From: Sedimentisphaerales bacterium
Lineage (GTDB): Bacteria; Planctomycetota; Phycisphaerae; Sedimentisphaerales; SM23-30
NCBI GenBank assembly: GCA_963666285.1
Contig: OY762711.1
Length of the DNA stretch: 64,000 nucleotides
Direction: 5' to 3' (one strand)
Part shown: piece after piece, positions 30,575 through 40,898 of the stretch
Numbering within the stretch: the stretch's first letter is position 1
Layout: each line of letters starts with the position of its first letter
Notes under the pieces: generated by a model
Told to the model about the DNA's origin: nothing
What the model saw: the letters and a program-made list of their open reading frames with translations, nothing else
Database searches by the model: none
Made by a program: the position numbers and the translations under genes

Positions 30575-31723
30575 ATGTCTGCCCCACAACCACAACAGCA
30601 GCAGCAACAGAAGATGATTCATATTGACCGTGTTCTTGAAACATGTATCAAGCAGGGCGGTTCGGATATTCATATTGTAACAGGTCGTCCGCCGGTATTA
30701 CGTTTACATGGCGGTCTTCGATCACTGGATACCAAAACTCTGGATTCTGATGATACCCAGGCGATAATGAAGTCGATTACACCGGACCGTAACCAGCATG
30801 AGCTTCAGGAAAGCGGTTCGACAGACTTTGGTTTTGCTTTTGGTGATAAGGGTCGTTTTCGAGTATCCGTGTTTCGTCAGCGTGGCGATATCTCTATTGT
30901 ACTGCGTTTGATTCCTAACCAGCTTTTGAGTTTTGATACAATTGGCTTGCCAGATCAGATAGCCGAGTTATGCCGCAGGCCACAGGGTATGTTTTTGGTA
31001 ACAGGACCTACCGGTTCTGGTAAATCAACTACCCTGGCGAGTATGATTAACTATATTAACGAAAATATCGACCACCATATAATTACTGTGGAAGACCCAA
31101 TTGAGTACTATCATTATCATAAGAAATCGGTAGTAAATCAGCGTGAAATCGGTAATGATGTACCGACATTTGCCGAGGCATTACGTCGTGCACTGCGTCA
31201 GGACCCGGATGTAATTCTGGTAGGTGAGTTGCGAGACTTAGAAACAATTGAAGCTGCGGTAGCTGCGGCAGAAACCGGTCACTTGGTATTCAGTACCCTG
31301 CATACAACAGGTTGCCAGGGAACCATTACCCGTTTGATTGATGCGTTCCCTGTAAACCAGCAGGAGCAGATTCGTGTACAGCTGTCAACTAACCTGATCG
31401 CAGTTTTGAGTCAGACATTATGTAAACGCCGCGGTGGAAAAGGTCGAATAGCCGGTTATGAGTTTATGATGGTAACACCAGCGATATCTAACTTAATTCG
31501 CGAGAATAAGACCTATCGTATTAACTCAGCGATTCAGACAGGTAAGAAATTTGGTATGCAATTAATGGACGATCATCTCTGGGAACATTATACCAAGAAG
31601 ATAATAGATGAGCGAGAGGCACTGGATAAAGCTCGTTATCCAGAACATATGCTAGAGAAGATATCAAAGTTAAAGATGGGTTTATCGTTAGAAGAAGAGA
31701 ATAATAACGCTGAAGAAAAATAA
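30575..31723 (+). CDS. pilT: type IV pilus retraction ATPase
   Basis: SDIHI, GPTGSGKSTT, LRQDPDVILVGE, ETGHLVFSTLHT, AISNLIRE and GMQ. Confidence 0.95.
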   Translation: MSAPQPQQQQQQKMIHIDRVLETCIKQGGSDIHIVTGRPPVLRLHGGLRSLDTKTLDSDDTQAIMKSITPDRNQHELQESGSTDFGFAFGDKGRFRVSVFRQRGDISIVLRLIPNQLLSFDTIGLPDQIAELCRRPQGMFLVTGPTGSGKSTTLASMINYINENIDHHIITVEDPIEYYHYHKKSVVNQREIGNDVPTFAEALRRALRQDPDVILVGELRDLETIEAAVAAAETGHLVFSTLHTTGCQGTITRLIDAFPVNQQEQIRVQLSTNLIAVLSQTLCKRRGGKGRIAGYEFMMVTPAISNLIRENKTYRINSAIQTGKKFGMQLMDDHLWEHYTKKIIDEREALDKARYPEHMLEKISKLKMGLSLEEENNNAEEK

Positions 31724-31790
31724 AGAATCAATATTAATTTGGAACTATAAATAAAAATAACTCGCAAACTGTAGATTTCAGTTTGAGGAT

Positions 31791-33548
31791 TTGATTATGG
31801 CAACAATACCGCCGGTAGAAAAATTAAAAGGTCGTCCGCTTGGCCGTGCATTAATAAAGATGGGTATTCTAACCCGAGATAAAGTGCATGAAGCTCTAAA
31901 TATCCAGAAGTCAGCAAATCGAAAGAACCCCATAGGTCAGATATTACTTGATCTGGGTTATGTGACAGAGAAAGATCTTCGTTTGGCTTTGGCATTTCAG
32001 CTGGGAATGGAATATGTAGATATTGCCAACCTGGACGTACCGGATGAGATAATTAATTTGCTAACAGCGCAAATGGCGATGACATACCGGGTGCTTCCTA
32101 TAGAATATGATGAAGCATCAAACCGCCTGGATATTGTAATTGACTCGTCAGATAATTTTTCAGCTACTGATGATTTACAGACGTTACTGGATTTTCATAT
32201 TCGCGCAATGATTACTGATACCGATGCCTTAGATAATGCATTAAACCGCTATTATGGCGACAAGGTTGAGAGTATCAATGAATTAATAACAGAGCTGACA
32301 GATGATTCATCATTTACCAACCTGGCAGATCGCGGCGCAAGTATAGATCTGAGCGAACTGCGAGAGGCGGCAGATTCGAGCCCGGTAAAAAGGCTGCTGA
32401 ACCTTGTTTTGTTACAGGCGATTCGAGATAAAGCATCGGATGTGCATTTTGAGCCATTTGAAGATGATTTCAAGATGCGTTATCGTATTGACGGTGTGTT
32501 ATATGAAATGGTGCCGCCGCCAAGGCATATTGCAGTGGCAATTGCATCTCGTATAAAGATTATGGCAGAGCTTGATATTGCCGAGCGTCGTCTTCCTCAG
32601 GACGGGCGTATTGCTTTGATGGTACAGGGGCGACCGGTTGACCTTCGTGTATCGGTTTTACCTACAATGTTTGGCGAGAGCGTGGTACTTCGTGTATTGG
32701 ATCAAACACAGGTTGACCTTGATCTTGACAAGTTAGGTTTTCGTGATCGAGATAAAAATACATTGCGTCAGCTGATCCACAAGCCAAATGGTATTGTGAT
32801 TGTAACAGGTCCAACTGGATCAGGTAAAACCACTACTCTTTATTCAGCCTTGAAAGAGTTGAATACTATCGATAGGAAGCTTATTACTACCGAGGATCCG
32901 GTGGAATATGATATTGATGGTATTATTCAGTGTCAGATCAGGACAGATATTGGTTTGACATTTGCTGCATGTTTGAGAAGTATTTTGCGTCAGGACCCGG
33001 ATGTGGTGTTAGTTGGTGAAACTCGTGACCTCGAAACTGCACAGATCGCTATTCAGGCATCGCTGACAGGTCACTTAGTATTTACAACAGTTCATACTAA
33101 TGATGCTCCGAGTACAATTGCTCGTCTGGTTGACCTTGGCGTAGATAACTTTATGATAACGGCGACGGTTGAAGGTATTGTAGGTCAGCGTCTGGTACGT
33201 ACCATTTGTAAGAATTGTCGTACCCCATTCCAGCCATCAGAGGAAATGCTGCTGGAATTGGAATTGACACCAGAAGAGACGTCTGGCAGGCATTTTTATT
33301 ATGGTCGCGGTTGCGATTACTGTAATAACACCGGTTATAGAGGTAGAATGGGTATTTATGAGGTTATGACCATAAATGACGAGATCCGAGAAGCGATCAT
33401 GAATAATGCTTCCTCGTCAGAGCTTCGTGAGCTGGCGATAGCAAATGGTATGACCTCGATGCGTGATGCCGGTATTGCTTCTATTTATGATGGCCAGACA
33501 ACAATTGAAGAGGTTGTCAAGGAAACAGTTCTAGAAGACATGGGTTAA
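31791..33548 (+). CDS. pilB: PilB/GspE-family assembly ATPase 2
   Basis: MshEN-like LG..L...G repeats; Walker A GPTGSGKTT, LRQDPD, HTND and a zinc motif; start may be ATG 31797. Confidence 0.93.
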   Translation: MIMATIPPVEKLKGRPLGRALIKMGILTRDKVHEALNIQKSANRKNPIGQILLDLGYVTEKDLRLALAFQLGMEYVDIANLDVPDEIINLLTAQMAMTYRVLPIEYDEASNRLDIVIDSSDNFSATDDLQTLLDFHIRAMITDTDALDNALNRYYGDKVESINELITELTDDSSFTNLADRGASIDLSELREAADSSPVKRLLNLVLLQAIRDKASDVHFEPFEDDFKMRYRIDGVLYEMVPPPRHIAVAIASRIKIMAELDIAERRLPQDGRIALMVQGRPVDLRVSVLPTMFGESVVLRVLDQTQVDLDLDKLGFRDRDKNTLRQLIHKPNGIVIVTGPTGSGKTTTLYSALKELNTIDRKLITTEDPVEYDIDGIIQCQIRTDIGLTFAACLRSILRQDPDVVLVGETRDLETAQIAIQASLTGHLVFTTVHTNDAPSTIARLVDLGVDNFMITATVEGIVGQRLVRTICKNCRTPFQPSEEMLLELELTPEETSGRHFYYGRGCDYCNNTGYRGRMGIYEVMTINDEIREAIMNNASSSELRELAIANGMTSMRDAGIASIYDGQTTIEEVVKETVLEDMG

Positions 33549-33853
33549 TTAATTAGTTTTGCGTGAGTGGCAGGAGTTTGAGCCAGTATTCACATGAGCT
33601 CGTATTAAGAATAATGTGAAGTTCTGGGCTATTTTTATTAGCTGGACAGCTGGTTTTTTGGGGTGAAAAGAAGTAAAATTGGATAAAAAAACATATAAAT
33701 ACTTGAAAATAAAGAGATAATATAAAAAATAAGATAGATGGTGGGCGTTTTATAGATTGATTGGTATAATCAGTCAAAAGTTAAAGCCGGTATAACCAAT
33801 CCGGTAAATTACGTAGAGAGTTACAAAAAAGCCTGCTTTTCGGAGAAAATACC

Positions 33854-35101
33854 ATGCCTACGTTCAATTATGAAGCAATGGATTCAATGGGCCAGGAAGT
33901 AAAAGACACCATTGAAGCTCTCAGTGCAGATGAGGCACTGAGTAAGATACGTAACCAAGGGCTATATCCTACAAAGGTAAAAGAGAAAGGTGCCCGCCGA
34001 GTAAAGAAAGATAAGATATCAGTTGGAACTGGTCCTAAGAGAGCGCGTGGTACCGGCGGTAAGGTAAAACTCAAGAAACTGACTCAGTTCACACGTCAGT
34101 TAAGTACGCTTCAGGATGCGGGTCTTCCGATCCTTCGAAGCCTTCGAATCCTGGAAGAGCAGCAAAAGCCGGGTGTATTAAAGAAGGTTTGCTGTTCAGT
34201 AGCAGATGATGTAGAAGCCGGTACAACCCTATCTGACGCGATGGCGAAATATCCCAAGTGTTTTAATAACCTGTATTCAAATATGGTAGCAGCCGGTGAG
34301 GCCGGTGGTGTATTGGACCTGATTTTGAACAGGTTGGCTGATTTTATGGAAAAGGCAGCGGCGTTGAAACGAAAAGTAATCGGTGCTATGATCTACCCGA
34401 TTGCGGTACTGACAATCGCTTTTTCTATCGTAATGGGAATTATGACATTTGTAGTGCCAAAGTTTAAGACAATTTTTGCAGATATGGGATCTGAACTTCC
34501 AGGAGTTACCCAGACTTTACTGGATATCTCAGTCTGGATTACTGAACAATATGGTTGGCTGATATTGCTGGGTTCACCATTAGGCCTGATAATGCTAATT
34601 AAGCTACTTCGTCTAAGCCAAAAAGGGCGATATGTTCATGACTCGCTCAATCTTCGTATACCGGTAGTAGGCCAGATATTAGGTAAGACGGCAATTTCCA
34701 GGTTTACCCGAACGTTGGGTACGCTGGTATCAGCCGGTGTGCCGATTCTGGATGCGTTGAAGATTACGGCAGATACAGCCGGTAACGAGGTTTATAAGTC
34801 CGCGATGATGAAGGTTCTGGAAAGTATCCGTCGTGGTGAGACATTTGCCGAGCCTCTGCGAAAAGCCAAAGTTTGTGACTCGCTGGTGACAAATATGATC
34901 GACGTAGGTGAAGAGACAGGTGAACTGGATAAGATGCTGTACAAGATAGCGGATAACTACGATGACGAAGTTGACGTACTTGTAGGTTCACTGGTATCGC
35001 TTATGGAGCCGGTTCTGGTTATTTTCCTTGGTGTAATATGCGGTTTTATCGTAATTGCTTTGTTTATGCCTATGGTAAAGATGATCGAAGACTTGGGTTA
35101 A
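33854..35101 (+). CDS. pilC: PilC/GspF inner-membrane platform protein
   Basis: FTRQLSTLQDAGLP, AGEAGGVLD, AMIYP, GEETGELD and SLMEP. Confidence 0.95.
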   Translation: MPTFNYEAMDSMGQEVKDTIEALSADEALSKIRNQGLYPTKVKEKGARRVKKDKISVGTGPKRARGTGGKVKLKKLTQFTRQLSTLQDAGLPILRSLRILEEQQKPGVLKKVCCSVADDVEAGTTLSDAMAKYPKCFNNLYSNMVAAGEAGGVLDLILNRLADFMEKAAALKRKVIGAMIYPIAVLTIAFSIVMGIMTFVVPKFKTIFADMGSELPGVTQTLLDISVWITEQYGWLILLGSPLGLIMLIKLLRLSQKGRYVHDSLNLRIPVVGQILGKTAISRFTRTLGTLVSAGVPILDALKITADTAGNEVYKSAMMKVLESIRRGETFAEPLRKAKVCDSLVTNMIDVGEETGELDKMLYKIADNYDDEVDVLVGSLVSLMEPVLVIFLGVICGFIVIALFMPMVKMIEDLG

Positions 35102-35219
35102 TGAAAATATAAAGAGTCTTGTAGCGAGACGAATAAATAGAAGGTAAGTAGTAACGAAGACACAGTAGTATGCGGGCGTAAAGAAGCCTAACTGCTGATG
35201 ATGTAAACAGGAGATATAT

Positions 35220-36152
35220 ATGATACGAGGTATTCGTAAAGGATTTACGCTGGTAGAGCTATTGGTGGTGATGGCGATTATTGGCCTACTGGTAGCGATA
35301 GCGGTCCCCGGCTTGAATCTGGCAAAGTTCAAGGCTAAAGAGGGAGTATTAAAGGCAAAGCTTAATACGATTAGTACGGCCTTGGAAAGTTTCAATGGCG
35401 ACCAGGGTTTTTATCCTGCGTCAAGCACATCCAGGACATCGCCGTATGGTGTATGGGACGCTAATGATGATGGAATGGTAAACGTTAATGATTCCGGAGA
35501 CCAAGATGCCTCTATAGTGGATACGGGAGCTCATTTACTGACAAGAGCTTTGATCGGAGCGGATGGTTTAGGTTATCAAAAGAATGGTTTTTATAGAGTT
35601 GGGAATAACGGCCAGCCGGTAGATATAAATAATAACAGTACCGTCCGAACAAATTATCTTGATACTGAGGGTTTCCAGATAGAGCCACTAAGTAATACAG
35701 TGAACCCTAATATAGAAGGTATGGACATGGCCGAAATTAATCGGCAGCTTGGCTTGGAGCTTGATACAACATATAAAGGTTATGGAGATGCTGCCTGGCT
35801 TAATCCTAACAGTGTTATCCGTGATGATTTGACCAGGTATTCTATGCCGATTTTGTACTATAAGGCGAATAAGCGAAATTATTTGATTGCCGGTGATAAT
35901 AACACAGGAACAGGAATATATAATTATAGTGATAATCAGGCGTTTACTGATCCTACTTATATGGAGTTAAGTGCTAGAGAAGTGTTAAATAATTTTGCGT
36001 ATTATATCTGGGATAACAATACTCCCGTGATTACTGATCCAGCAAGTCGTCCATGCAAGAAAGACAGTTTTATACTGATCACGGCCGGTAAAGATGGTCT
36101 GTATGGAACGGCAGATGATATATGCAGTTTTGATTTTAAGACAGGCAAATAA
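35220..36152 (+). CDS. major (pseudo)pilin, GspG-like, with large variable domain
   Basis: RKG|FTLVELLVVMAII class III signal; C-terminal LITAGKDGLYGTADDI. Confidence 0.88.
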   Translation: MIRGIRKGFTLVELLVVMAIIGLLVAIAVPGLNLAKFKAKEGVLKAKLNTISTALESFNGDQGFYPASSTSRTSPYGVWDANDDGMVNVNDSGDQDASIVDTGAHLLTRALIGADGLGYQKNGFYRVGNNGQPVDINNNSTVRTNYLDTEGFQIEPLSNTVNPNIEGMDMAEINRQLGLELDTTYKGYGDAAWLNPNSVIRDDLTRYSMPILYYKANKRNYLIAGDNNTGTGIYNYSDNQAFTDPTYMELSAREVLNNFAYYIWDNNTPVITDPASRPCKKDSFILITAGKDGLYGTADDICSFDFKTGK

Positions 36153-36225
36153 TTTGCCCGATCAGGGTAAAGATTAGTTTTAATAATCAAATAGTTTTAG
36201 GCTATTGATAAAATACGAAGGGTTT

Positions 36226-36657
36226 ATGAAAATGAAAAGTCGCAAAAAAGGTTTTACACTGGTAGAGGTGCTGGTAGTTATCGCGATATTGGCGATAATC
36301 GGTGCCGGAGCTGTTAGTGTAGCCAATAATGTGGTAAAGAAGGCTAAGGTAAACAAGACCAAAGCCGCGATCGCAAATATAGTTTCTGCGGTGGAAGAGT
36401 ATTATCGCGAGACAAAGACTTATCCAGCTAGCCTTTATTCGGATTTGGCGGGTAATCCTAAAACCAGTGTGATTATTGATAAGCTTGACGATGAATTCAA
36501 GAATCAAGACCCAAGTAAAGAATCTCCACTGCGTGACTCCTGGGGTAAAACACTGCATTATCTAAACCGCGGCAATGGCAATTTTCCAAAAATCACATCA
36601 GCAGGTCCGGATAAGGAATTTAATACTGCCGACGATATACTCTCTACCGATCAGTGA
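36226..36657 (+). CDS. GspG-like (pseudo)pilin
   Basis: KKG|FTLVEVLVV; DSWGK.LHY...SAGPD..FNTADDI; ATG 36226 preferred over TTG 36205. Confidence 0.88.
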   Translation: MKMKSRKKGFTLVEVLVVIAILAIIGAGAVSVANNVVKKAKVNKTKAAIANIVSAVEEYYRETKTYPASLYSDLAGNPKTSVIIDKLDDEFKNQDPSKESPLRDSWGKTLHYLNRGNGNFPKITSAGPDKEFNTADDILSTDQ

Positions 36658-36908
36658 TGAAAGTGTTCCGAAATATCTGGAGCATGATTCTGTCCCCAAA
36701 AAGTAAAAAAAAGTTAACTATTTGTGGGCGAAAAGGGTGGTCGGAAGTATAATCTATTAGAGTGAGAAGAATAATCAGTTAAAAAATGACAGGCATGCGG
36801 GATGAGGCGTAAGGGAAGGAAATCCGCATGTAGCGGAAAATTATTTGCTGCAAGGCGGCGGCTTTGCAAAGTGAAAAATGAATAGTGAAAAGTCAAGGCG
36901 TTCGCTTT

Positions 36909-36988
36909 GCTCACAGCTTGTTTTATTGCTAAAGACAAACTGATATAGATAAAAGATTATGATAAAAAGAACAAGACAATCAGGTTTT
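36909..36988 (+). repeat. shared upstream + prepilin leader block, copy 1
   Basis: 73/77 identical to 39640-39716; 33/33 identical to 38090-38122. Confidence 0.95.
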
Positions 36989-38008
36989 ACGATGGTGGAG
37001 ATGGTGGTGGTGGTTGCCATTATTGCCTTGGTATTGGCGGTAGGAATGCCGAATTTGCCAGGTATGCTCCGCAGTAATAAGATGTCAAGTGCTAAGAACC
37101 TGGTAAAGACAGCGCTGGCACAGGCTCAGAGTTATGCCGCGAGCCACAGCAAGTATGCCGGGATTCGTTTTCAGAAAGCGGCTAATGGAAAGACTTACCT
37201 GGTGCTGATCGAGCATGACCCGGTTTTTGATTATAATACCAATCCTGCCGGTGGTGGAGATATAATATCGACAAGGAATCAATACAGGTATGTTGCAATT
37301 CCCGGAGCGAAGCCAAAGGCGTTGCCTGATGGTGTAGGAGTTTTGGATGGTAATATGTATGGGGGGGGGGGGACAGGAGATACTGTATTGATTGATTATG
37401 ATATTTCAGTTGATAATAGTGTTGCCTGTATTGAAAACTATCAGACTTTTTCCATTATCTTTTCACCGACAGGTCAGCTGGTGACCAAGCAAGTTTCAGT
37501 ATATCCACGTTATGATAATACTTTGAAAACGATGGTTGCGTATTTTGATGATCCGGTTAGACCGGGAAATCATATAGGCAGTCAATATAAGGTAAAAACT
37601 TCAGCTTATACCTCATACGGCAGTTATGATACGGTTTATCCTGCGGATTTGATATTTGGTTCTATATTGTATTGCGATCCGGCGAGATACCAGGTAGTTG
37701 CCAATACAACATTAGACAGTGATCTGCTGAACAACCATGACTCACTATTGTCATATGATGCTCATTATGTACCTGAGCTGGGCGACAACAGCTATAATTC
37801 ATATGAATATGATACAGAGCCGTGGTGTTTCCTAGAATCCAGTTCGACGAGTTTTTATATTTATATGGAAAATGAGATGGTAGATGCATCGCCGGATGGA
37901 ACAACGAGGTATAGTAATTTCTTTAATCCATCGGAGGGCGGTTCTGAATATGAAGGGTGTGAATACTATATGCTGAATATGTATACAGGGGATATATTTG
38001 CAGAATAA
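36959..38008 (+). CDS. minor pseudopilin, GspH/FimT-like
   Basis: QSG|FTMVEMVVVVAII; AQAQSYA and IIFSPTG motifs; in-frame G12 tract at 37361-37372. Confidence 0.82.
   Translation: MIKRTRQSGFTMVEMVVVVAIIALVLAVGMPNLPGMLRSNKMSSAKNLVKTALAQAQSYAASHSKYAGIRFQKAANGKTYLVLIEHDPVFDYNTNPAGGGDIISTRNQYRYVAIPGAKPKALPDGVGVLDGNMYGGGGTGDTVLIDYDISVDNSVACIENYQTFSIIFSPTGQLVTKQVSVYPRYDNTLKTMVAYFDDPVRPGNHIGSQYKVKTSAYTSYGSYDTVYPADLIFGSILYCDPARYQVVANTTLDSDLLNNHDSLLSYDAHYVPELGDNSYNSYEYDTEPWCFLESSSTSFYIYMENEMVDASPDGTTRYSNFFNPSEGGSEYEGCEYYMLNMYTGDIFAE
37361..37372 (+). repeat. G12 homopolymer inside a pilin gene
   Basis: Twelve consecutive G (four GGG codons, aa 135-138). Confidence 0.95.
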
Positions 38009-38092
38009 AACAGTCATAAGGCCCGCCTTAGGCGAATCTTCGACATAAGTGAATGTAATCCGTCTGTGGCGGAAAAAGATATAGAAAGAATT

Positions 38093-39535
38093 ATGATAAA
38101 AAGAACAAGACAATCAGGTTTTTCGCTGCTGGAAGTAATGATGGCGGTAGTGGTCATGACGATGGGGATGGTGTTTGTCGCGAGTATGTTCCCGGTTGGT
38201 TTGTATAATGCACGCAAGACAGCGGATGCGACGATGAATGCTATCGAGCTGAATAATTCGGTTGTTTCGGCGGGGCTGGTGGTAGATGCCGCGATTAAAA
38301 CCGGATTGACAGGCCGAGGGAACTGTTTTGAGTTTCGAGATGCCCCTAACGATGTAAATAGTAATGATGTTTATGATAGTGGAAACGGTGAAGAAGGTAA
38401 TCCAAACAGCATTCATTTCCTGATAAAGCCAAATGTTCTGGCTGATTCAGTTGGAACAAATTCGCCGATTGTAGTAGTTGATGATATAGAATATGTACTG
38501 CTTCCAGGTGCCAATCCTCAAAACCAGTTTTGGTACTCAATGAATCCGCCTACTATAGCTTACACAGGTGCACCTTATTCCGGTGCATCGCTATTTATGG
38601 CTACTTATTTTGAAGTCTCTACCACAATAATACCTATTATCGATGGCACCGGAGGTTATTATGACCCATATGATTCAGGTGACTATGTAGATGATTACCT
38701 GTCTCCTGAGCTGACGACAGGTAGTTTTATCGGTGATATAGGTTTTGTTGCCAGTCCGCCGGTGTTTTATACAGATCAGGATGTGTTGGACAGGATAGAA
38801 AAGTTAAGCGGTGATACGCAGGCGGTGAATCTGGCATCAGTAGTGCAGCAGCAGGTTGTAAACCGGGCGGTTTATGATGTAACTATGGAGCGAAATTACA
38901 GTTGGGCGGCATTTTATGAGGGTACGGGCAAGCCTGAGTTTATGTATATTTTCACCTTGAAGAATCACCAGCGGAACGTTCGTTATGCGGTACAAGACCC
39001 GGCCAGTATGGTGTATAATAATCCGGTAGATCCAATATTTGATGGAGATCGGACGACTACGCCAACATATGGCAGTACCGGGCCATTGCCGTATGCTCGC
39101 GGAAGTGCATATGACAGACATTTCCCGGTGCCGTGGCTGGTGCATATGGATGTGCCAAAGGTGAGCGCATTTGCCAGACGTCAGGCTCCATATTATGATC
39201 ATATTTTGTCGGTATCCGCAGAGATAGCAAAGATTCTTCGTCCTGGAAGTATATTGCTTAATGCTGATCCTGATGGAGTAGATTCGCGAGATAGTACTAA
39301 AGTTTATGTAAATCACGATAAAATGATCTATGAGGTTGAAGATGTAGTTCCGATAGACCCGACAGACCTATCGGTCGGTTTTAACGTGATACTGACTGAT
39401 ACACTTGGAGATTCGGTAGATGGTGCCAGTATGTTTGCGTTCTGGGTATTTCCCCCAGCAATAAACCGTGCGACAAATGAGTATGAAGATGAACAGCCGG
39501 TGGTAGATGTAGTTTACCGGAAGGTGGAATGGTAG
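38093..39535 (+). CDS. minor pseudopilin, GspI/PilV-like
   Basis: QSG|FSLLEVMMAVVVM...FPVG; start at ATG 38093 by homology to its neighbours (track start 38066). Confidence 0.82.
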   Translation: MIKRTRQSGFSLLEVMMAVVVMTMGMVFVASMFPVGLYNARKTADATMNAIELNNSVVSAGLVVDAAIKTGLTGRGNCFEFRDAPNDVNSNDVYDSGNGEEGNPNSIHFLIKPNVLADSVGTNSPIVVVDDIEYVLLPGANPQNQFWYSMNPPTIAYTGAPYSGASLFMATYFEVSTTIIPIIDGTGGYYDPYDSGDYVDDYLSPELTTGSFIGDIGFVASPPVFYTDQDVLDRIEKLSGDTQAVNLASVVQQQVVNRAVYDVTMERNYSWAAFYEGTGKPEFMYIFTLKNHQRNVRYAVQDPASMVYNNPVDPIFDGDRTTTPTYGSTGPLPYARGSAYDRHFPVPWLVHMDVPKVSAFARRQAPYYDHILSVSAEIAKILRPGSILLNADPDGVDSRDSTKVYVNHDKMIYEVEDVVPIDPTDLSVGFNVILTDTLGDSVDGASMFAFWVFPPAINRATNEYEDEQPVVDVVYRKVEW

Positions 39536-39689
39536 TTTTAAGTTGTGTATAACACATCTTGAAAAAGTGAAAAAATAATAGTGAAAAGTGAAAGTTAAGG
39601 CGTCCTGATGTATGTTGACATCAGGAATAATTCGCTGTCGCTCACAGCTTGTTTTATTGTTAGAGACAAACTGATATAGATAAAAGATT

Positions 39690-40898
39690 ATGATAAGAAG
39701 AACGAGACAATCAGGTGTGACTCTGCCGGAGATGATGACGGCGGTTGCGATAACGCTGATAATGCTGGCGGCGTCGGGCATGATATTTAGCTCAGCGTCG
39801 AAGTCGTCCGGTAAGGCGATGGCCTTGAACGATATGATGACCGAGGCACGTGCGATAATCGGTCAGCTGGAAAGTGACTTTGCCGGGTATCGGGATGATC
39901 TGCCGATAACGCTGGTGTTTGAAGGTTATGATTTTATTGTCGATTCTAATTTAGATGGTTCTCCTGAATCAGATTACCTGGAAAGGCGAGATCGGGTATC
40001 GTTTTTTACCAACGGTGATTTCCAGGATATGTATGGTAACGGCAGTACTTTGATGGCCCGTGTTTTGTACAGTCAGAGTGGAGATACTGTTAATAACTCG
40101 AATACAGAAATACCCGGAGCCAGTATGGGTATTGCTCCTCTTCAAAGGGCGTTGTGCCGGCAGATGAAGATGATAACTAATAATGATACTAATAGTGCAG
40201 GAGCATATATTAACCCACTTTATGCGGGGAGCCACTATGCAAAAAATTATTGGCAGCAATATGAACTTGAGATATTTGAGTACGGTCCGGAATACCTGTG
40301 GAAGAGTGCAGATAATAACAGCTACTCTTCCAGCTGGTGGCTGTATGAGGATGCATCTGGTACAAGTAATAACATTTCATTCATCAGGCGTCCAGATTAC
40401 GACCTTTTTTACAAACAAGATGTCTTAATAACGAAAAATGCATCATATTCCCTACAAAGGAAAAATCAATATAAGCAAAGAAGCTGTGTAGTAACTGATT
40501 GTACCGATTTTACCGTGCAGGTGTGGATAAAGCCGCCGGGAGAATTTGCGTACAGGTGGTTTCCAACAAACTGGGATTTGGAGATAATGTCTGATTCTAC
40601 AACACGATCATATTGGAATGATAAAAGTAAACTTAATCAGCCGACGCCGTGTATTGGTATAAGCTGGAATATTGATGAGAACCATTTAATGCCGTTTGGA
40701 TATGGCTATTACATCGATGGAAGTATAAAATATCTATTTCCTGATTATCTGTTTCCTGATTATGATCGTACAGCTTTTGCTCCGCCGGAGAAGCCGAAAG
40801 CGTTTAAGTTCACGTTTAAGCTGCATGATAAAGGGCGGACGCATTTTCCTGAGGGTAAGAAGTTCACGTATATAATAGATGTGAGGGATAAGGATTAG
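39690..40898 (+). CDS. minor pseudopilin, GspJ/PilW-like
   Basis: QSG|VTLPEMMTAVAIT; ARAIIGQLESDF; C-terminal PKAFKFTFKLHD. Confidence 0.82.
   Translation: MIRRTRQSGVTLPEMMTAVAITLIMLAASGMIFSSASKSSGKAMALNDMMTEARAIIGQLESDFAGYRDDLPITLVFEGYDFIVDSNLDGSPESDYLERRDRVSFFTNGDFQDMYGNGSTLMARVLYSQSGDTVNNSNTEIPGASMGIAPLQRALCRQMKMITNNDTNSAGAYINPLYAGSHYAKNYWQQYELEIFEYGPEYLWKSADNNSYSSSWWLYEDASGTSNNISFIRRPDYDLFYKQDVLITKNASYSLQRKNQYKQRSCVVTDCTDFTVQVWIKPPGEFAYRWFPTNWDLEIMSDSTTRSYWNDKSKLNQPTPCIGISWNIDENHLMPFGYGYYIDGSIKYLFPDYLFPDYDRTAFAPPEKPKAFKFTFKLHDKGRTHFPEGKKFTYIIDVRDKD

Noticed and set aside
30583..30610. Gln-rich N-terminus of PilT as a contingency repeat
   Set aside because: Short, mixed CAA/CAG codons; length changes would stay in frame
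36909..39716. Shufflon (Rci-type inversion system)
   Set aside because: All repeats are direct and at 5' ends; there are no inverted cassettes and no tyrosine recombinase in the window
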